A DNA stretch of 64,000 nt. Origin: Eukaryota sp. GEM-RC1 (lineage: Eukaryota). Below are positions 63,564 through 64,000 of the stretch, piece by piece (the stretch's first letter is position 1; the number at the start of each line of letters is the position of its first letter). The stretch is taken from NCBI GenBank assembly GCA_040285855.1, contig JAUFOQ010000013.1, positions 124,001 through 188,000 on the forward strand, in the 5' to 3' direction. Under the pieces are notes generated by a model that saw only the letters and a list, made by a program, of their open reading frames with translations, did no database searches and had not been told where the DNA came from. Both the position numbers and the translations under genes were made by a program.

Positions 63564-64000
63564 TTAAGGGCAAGAAGTTATGAATTTATGAAATATATCT
63601 TGAATTTGTCTGTAATTGTGGAATTTACATATCTTATATAAATCAGTACATGATGTTGAAAGATCGCGTTTCATGAAGATTCCTAAAACAGTATATCCAT
63701 ATACATTATAGTTTATTGGTGGTGATACAGTATCACCTATTTTTTTAACAGTTTTCAAAACAATTAATATTTGTCGGTTATATATTCCCTCCGTGTTTAT
63801 ACTTTAAAAAAATAATCTTTTTTTTCAAACACCAAGTTTATTATGTTCTACTTGTTCAAATGCTTCAGGTGTATATAACTCAGCAAATTTTGAATTAAGA
63901 TTCAACATAAAGGTTTGATTGTAATTTTTGTTTCTGCTCCTGCTAAGAAGTCAGCATTAGGTTTTGTTACCCCGGGTTTATAATAAAATAAACCCAGTAG
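63564..64000 (-). pseudogene. 3' part of another disrupted viral-like gene
   Basis: ORF 63564..63758 plus broken upstream frames, ending 7 nt from the next gene's motif/ATG. Confidence 0.35.

Larger units (their letters stand above)
54685..64000 (-). mobile_element. Viral-like island C (endogenous large DNA virus, runs off the window)
   Basis: Co-oriented intronless genes including an AEP-D5 primase-helicase and RNase II, AT-rich spacers and a shared upstream motif. Confidence 0.7.

Noticed and set aside
1..64000. rRNA, tRNA, capsid or DNA polymerase genes
   Set aside because: None recognised by eye. tRNAscan/Infernal and profile searches were not possible, so divergent ones among the ORFans cannot be excluded.

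Overview
Eukaryotic nuclear DNA from an intron-poor protist using the standard code. One 29/32-nt spliceosomal intron is visible, and a metamonad-like host is an inference only. Host genes: an NmrA-like oxidoreductase, a coiled-coil protein head-to-head with U2AF65, a two-domain saposin, and a complete H4-H3-H2B/H2A core-histone cluster. All four histone genes carry the same non-canonical 3' stem-loop (GGTGTT-TWTC-AACACT) and an upstream CACGASAA box. Interleaved is a family of modular ubiquitin/immune-type genes: three BTB-BTB-coiled-coil paralogues ending in 84-nt LRR arrays or a USP deubiquitinase, plus a RING-kinase-LRR-TM gene. Transposons include pogo/Tigger with intact TIRs, MULE, a hAT-like MITE, CRE/RLE non-LTR and Gypsy relics. 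Three AT-rich, densely packed islands (about 20.1-23.0, 44.5-50.8 and 54.7-64 kb) look like a decayed endogenous large DNA virus. They hold an AEP-primase/D5-SF3 helicase, a TFIIS-type zinc ribbon, RNase II and ORFans, share an AAAAATGATT/AAAATTGA upstream motif, and have been invaded by host transposons. Many 1-nt homopolymer frameshifts across the window may be long-read errors, but in-frame stops in the viral-like genes look like real decay. All calls come from motif recognition by eye; no database search was run.
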